NCBI GenBank assembly: GCA_946186345.1 | Contig: CAMHMV010000006.1 | Location: 30,521 to 94,520 of the forward strand | Origin: an uncultured Prevotellaceae bacterium | GTDB taxonomy: Bacteria; Bacteroidota; Bacteroidia; Bacteroidales; Muribaculaceae | DNA length: 64,000 nt | Reading direction: 5' to 3' | Shown: positions 60,370-64,000 of the stretch, in pieces | Numbering within the stretch: the first letter of the stretch is position 1 | Layout of the letters: each line of letters begins with the position of its first letter | Program-made: the position numbers and the translations under genes | Notes under the pieces: generated by a model | The model's input: only the letters and a program-made list of their open reading frames with translations | Told to the model about the DNA's origin: nothing | Databases searched by the model: none

Positions 60370-61063
60370 TGAATACAATCGTTTTAAGTGTCTGTCGTGG
60401 ATATGATTTGACGGTCTCAACGGCAATCTCTGCGGCTCGTTGATTGGGGAAGTGGAACACGCCTGTTGAGATACAGCAGAAGGCGATGCTCTCAAGTCCG
60501 TTCTTCTCTGCCAGGTCAAGGCAGGAACGGTAGCACTGTGCCAACTGCTCTTCTTGTTCCTTGGTAGGGACACCGTCGGGTATTATCGGTCCCACGGTGT
60601 GTATGACATGTCGGGCTGGCAGGTTATAACCCCGTGTGATGAAGGCATCGCCTGTAGCCAAGAGCCGTCCCTGCATGATGTCGTTACACTCCTTGCGCAG
60701 TTGGATTCCTGCGGCTGAGTGGATGCAGTTGTCAATGCAGTTGTGAAGCGGTGCCCAGCAGCCCAGTGCCTGTGCGTTGGCGGCGTTGACGATGGCATCC
60801 ACCTTCAGGCGGGTGATGTCGCCTTGCCAGATGGTCAATCCTTCGTCGCTGACTTCTGCCACACCTTTGTCCTCTCGTTGCATCAGCAACTCGGCATCCT
60901 GCATTTGCAGGAAGTCTTCTGCCATCGGGCGAGGCTCCCAAACATTCATCAATGCCCGCATCATCCGTTGCCGTTGTTCAAATGTAGGGGGAATCTGATG
61001 ACTGACATGCGCATCAGCCATCAGATACATGATGATGTCCCTCAGATTCTCCAGCCTGTCCAT
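60314..61063 (-). CDS. Zinc-type macrodomain protein-ADP-ribose hydrolase
   Basis: WQGDIT.L.VDAIVNAAN, zinc loop GCWAPLHNCID, VIHTVGP, FCCISTGVFHFP. Confidence 0.92.
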   Translation of the reverse strand: MDRLENLRDIIMYLMADAHVSHQIPPTFEQRQRMMRALMNVWEPRPMAEDFLQMQDAELLMQREDKGVAEVSDEGLTIWQGDITRLKVDAIVNAANAQALGCWAPLHNCIDNCIHSAAGIQLRKECNDIMQGRLLATGDAFITRGYNLPARHVIHTVGPIIPDGVPTKEQEEQLAQCYRSCLDLAEKNGLESIAFCCISTGVFHFPNQRAAEIAVETVKSYPRQTLKTIVFNVFLDKDRDIYQQLLGAC

Positions 61064-61080
61064 TGCCGTTAAATTAAAAT

Positions 61081-61533
61081 TCACTTTTTGCCAAACCGCT
61101 CACCGACAAAGCCGTTACTGACTTCACCCGTCATCAGGTCGAAATGCTTGAATAGAGGCGGTGTAGGTGTCAGGTCGAAGTAGTCCATCTCGGCAATCGG
61201 CAGACAGAAGTAAGCCAGACTTTCCCAACTGGTGTAGAGACGGGGCAACACGGGATTATTTTCATAGATCCATTGTCTCACGTCATCCTCCACGTCGAAG
61301 TTTACCATACCACTGCAACGGACGGAAACATTGTCCGCGTATGCCAGCAGCTCCACATTAGGGTTCTGCTGAAGTTCGCGCCATACAGCCTTTTCGGGAG
61401 AAGTGGCGAAGTAGAGCATATTGCCCTCACGCTTCATCACCTGGAAGACACGAAGCTTTGGCAGATTACCCTCACACGTAGCAAGGGTAATCTCCTTATG
61501 CCCGTCCAGGAATCTGAGTGCTGTCTGTAACAT
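61081..61533 (-). CDS. Pyridoxamine 5'-phosphate oxidase-like FMN-binding protein
   Basis: LATC....P.LR.F, YFAT...K...ELQQNPNVE. Confidence 0.85.
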   Translation of the reverse strand: MLQTALRFLDGHKEITLATCEGNLPKLRVFQVMKREGNMLYFATSPEKAVWRELQQNPNVELLAYADNVSVRCSGMVNFDVEDDVRQWIYENNPVLPRLYTSWESLAYFCLPIAEMDYFDLTPTPPLFKHFDLMTGEVSNGFVGERFGKK

Positions 61534-61537
61534 ACGC

Positions 61538-62200
61538 TTAATATGCAGCCGTGAAACGCTCCTTGTGGTGGTTCTCCTGCTCCAGTTCGTCAACCATTGC
61601 TACGGCATAGTCCTCCACAGAGATGAAACTCTCGCCCTTCTCATCAACAAGCAAGTCATCCTTGCCGAGACGGTATTTGCCGGTGCGAGTGCCGGGCTGC
61701 AGGTTGCCGAGGTTTCCGGCGGGCGAGAAGAATATCCAGTCTATATCCTGCTCCTTCATGAGCGTATTCAGGTAGAACTCGCCAAGGCTCTTCACGCCAG
61801 GCAGCCACGACTCGGGCAGTGTACCCGTGTCAACAAGGCGTACTCCGGGCTTTACGAACAGCGTACCAGCCCCACCGACAATCAGCAGTCGGCGCACACC
61901 GGCCTGTTTTGCACCCTCGACAATCTTCGGATAGTTCTCCAGCGTTTCCTCATACTGGCGTGGATTCGCCCAGCCGGGATTGTAGGCACTGATGACAGCA
62001 TCCTTGCCTTTAGCCAAAGCAGCCAGTTCGGCAGGATTGGTAGCATCGGCCACCACATACTCTATCAGGTCATTCTTCACCTTCACACTGTCCATGTTGC
62101 GAACGATAGCCGTAACATTGTAACCCCTGGAAACCAACTCGTTCAGAATAGCATTGCCTACGAACCCCGTTGCACCGATTAGAACTACATTCTTTGCCAT
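61538..62200 (-). CDS. NAD(P)-dependent oxidoreductase (YwnB / flavin reductase-like)
   Basis: IGATGFVG, VGGAGTL, ISVEDYAVAMVDELE. Confidence 0.9.
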   Translation of the reverse strand: MAKNVVLIGATGFVGNAILNELVSRGYNVTAIVRNMDSVKVKNDLIEYVVADATNPAELAALAKGKDAVISAYNPGWANPRQYEETLENYPKIVEGAKQAGVRRLLIVGGAGTLFVKPGVRLVDTGTLPESWLPGVKSLGEFYLNTLMKEQDIDWIFFSPAGNLGNLQPGTRTGKYRLGKDDLLVDEKGESFISVEDYAVAMVDELEQENHHKERFTAAY

Positions 62201-62249
62201 AATTCTTCTTGTTTTGATTGTTAATACTTTTGTTTTGACGGTGCAAAGC

Positions 62250-62420
62250 TACTAACTTTCGGTAACCGCTGCAAGAAGACACCAAAAAGTGGCTTACTTA
62301 CTTTTTTGTTAGAATTGCTAAAATGCAGGCAGTTCCCTTGATTTTAAAAAATGTTAAAGGTTAAAATTATTGTCTATGTGCATTTTACTACTTCGGAAAT
62401 TTGCTTACTTTCGGAAAGTT
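62250..62420. promoter_or_regulatory. Divergent promoter region with repeated candidate HxlR boxes
   Basis: ACTAACTTTCGGTAAC (~62251), ACTTACTTTTTTGTTAG (~62295), GCTTACTTTCGGAAAG (~62403); -7 boxes on both strands nearby. Confidence 0.45.
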
Positions 62421-62458
62421 TTGTACTTTTGCACTCGGGTTATAACATAGAATGACAA

Positions 62459-62812
62459 ATGCGTAAGATAAATCGACCAATAGACGAGAAATACAAAGCG
62501 TGTCCCATACGCAATGTAATTGAAAAGTTTGGTGACAAGTGGTCGCTACTGGTGCTATATCACCTCAATGAGCGCGGCACCATGCGTTTCAACGATCTGG
62601 GGCGTGACATGTCAGACTGCTCGCAGAAAATGCTGTCACAAACCCTGAAGCGCCTGGAGCAAATAGGTCTTGTCTCACGTCAAGTCTATCCTGAGGTTCC
62701 TCCACGGGTTGAATACTCCATTACAGGACTGGGGAAAAGTCTTATGCCACATGTCATCGGTTTGATGGAATGGGCCACTCAAAACTTTCAGCACATAGCT
62801 CAAAAAGATTAA
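62459..62812 (+). CDS. HxlR-family transcriptional regulator
   Basis: CPIR....FGDKWS, SQKMLSQTLKRLE, PPRVEYS. Confidence 0.93.
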   Translation: MRKINRPIDEKYKACPIRNVIEKFGDKWSLLVLYHLNERGTMRFNDLGRDMSDCSQKMLSQTLKRLEQIGLVSRQVYPEVPPRVEYSITGLGKSLMPHVIGLMEWATQNFQHIAQKD

Positions 62813-63029
62813 GAAGGCACTCTTACAGTTTGAAAACATTATATTTCGAGTTTTTTCAGTTGTTTTCATCGCATTTTTTTTGGAGGCCGATAGTTAATCA
62901 CACAGAATAATTGAATTCGCAAGTCTCAGAAACGCCGGTGGCGGTTCTGGGGCTTTTTCTGCATGGAAACTGCCGTGAGGCAGTTCCTTGCTTTCAAGGT
63001 ATAGTGGGCGTGACCGTCCACTATTTTTT

Positions 63030-63092
63030 TCTTTATGCACGGCCCTCTGCTTGACGGGAGAGTCATGATACTGTGAAGCCGCATTGATGAAA
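63030..63092 (+). repeat. 63-bp direct repeat, copy 2
   Basis: TCTTTATGCACGGCCCTCTGCTTGACGGGAGAGTCATGATACTGTGAAGCCGCATTGATGAAA. Confidence 0.9.
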
Positions 63093-63454
63093 CAAAATGT
63101 TGATATTGTCTTGTCGCTATCACCTTTTCCGGCGGAAAGATGGGGGGCATTGTGATAGTGCAGGGTTAAGCGGGGCTGCCTTGAAATGATTTACAGTCTG
63201 GTTGACTCTAACTTGATCGACTGTTTCTTGTTGTCAAAAATAATTTGTCCTTTTTTTCTGGGGAGAGTTTGGTGTGATTCTCTTGCATAAGTCGAGGATT
63301 TTTACGAAATTTGCCTACAAGTTGTGCATCCAGTGATTTGATTTTATTGCATTTGTTGTCAATAAATTCTTGGAAATCAGAGGGATGCATGGATTTTAGG
63401 TTGTTTATTATTCACCTTTGCCTCCGTCAATGGGGTTATCTAAATAGCTTGATT

Positions 63455-64000
63455 ATGAAAAAAAATGTATTATTTCTCTTGATGCTGGTGGCGACATTGG
63501 TCGCACAAGCGGCAACCGATTACAATTTCTATGTGGGTGGCGTGAAGGTCACGAGTGACAACTGCAGCAACATCACGGGCAGCAACATCACTGGCGGCAC
63601 AGCGGTTTTCACCCCGAGTAACAACACGTTGACATTGACCAATGTCACCATCACGCGCACGGGCACCGACAACCGCGCCATCCAGAGCGACCGCTCGGGA
63701 CTGATTGTTAAGCTCGTGGGTACCAATAACCTGAGCGCCTCCTCGGCGTCAGTCATCCGCTTCAACCAGCCAGGCTCAATCGTCGTCGCCAGCGGCACCA
63801 CGACCGTCACCGGTGGCAGCGAGGGCGGTGTGTATAGCAACAACGTCGCAGTTACCGTATCTGGCCCCGGAAAACTGATTGTGAAGTCCACCAGCGACAA
63901 GTACGGCTTTGAGGGCAAGGGCACCAGCAGCTCGAGCACATTGACCTTTACCAATGTCAATGTCGAGGCATCGGGCAAGAAGGGCGCTCTGTATGACTGG
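63455..64000 (+). CDS. Secreted beta-helix-like surface protein, N-terminal part; runs off the window edge
   Basis: Not in the ORF track. MKKNVLFLLMLVATLVAQAATDYNFYVGGVKVTSDNCSNI...NNTLTLTNVTI...VKLVGTNNL; frame open to the end. Confidence 0.8.
   Translation, partial: MKKNVLFLLMLVATLVAQAATDYNFYVGGVKVTSDNCSNITGSNITGGTAVFTPSNNTLTLTNVTITRTGTDNRAIQSDRSGLIVKLVGTNNLSASSASVIRFNQPGSIVVASGTTTVTGGSEGGVYSNNVAVTVSGPGKLIVKSTSDKYGFEGKGTSSSSTLTFTNVNVEASGKKGALYDW

Noticed and set aside
60370-60573. Long N-terminal extension of the sirtuin ORF
   Set aside because: Lies wholly inside the macrodomain gene in another frame; sirtuin similarity starts only near 60330

Overview
Bacteroidales DNA, inferred from the SusC/SusD genes, TAnnTTTG -7 promoter boxes and T9SS-related proteins; a rumen/gut Muribaculaceae- or Prevotella-like host is a further inference. 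1-10.5 kb is a beta-glucan PUL (GH5, BACON-GH16, surface glycan-binding protein, SusD, a frameshifted SusC, divergent DUF6377/SusR-like regulator). 10.8-21 kb is mostly housekeeping (typA, SDR, two MFS paralogues, phosphoglucomutase). From about 22 kb to the end is a patchwork accessory region: redox/detox genes, vat-like and nim-like genes, a lipoprotein made of an internal T9SS SprA segment, a C10 peptidase-LRR-dockerin protein, a monomodular C-A-T-R NRPS behind a structured leader, and a Zn-macrodomain/SirTM pair whose sirtuin lacks the zinc cysteines. Three cargo blocks are each bracketed by direct repeats (a duplicated cupin 3' end, duplicated WYL-like 3' ends, a 63-bp repeat) with no integrase in the window. 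Several REP/MITE-like families are present, one copy read in frame inside an MFS gene. No rRNA, tRNA or CRISPR array was seen. Family assignments come from motif recognition by eye; no database searches were run.
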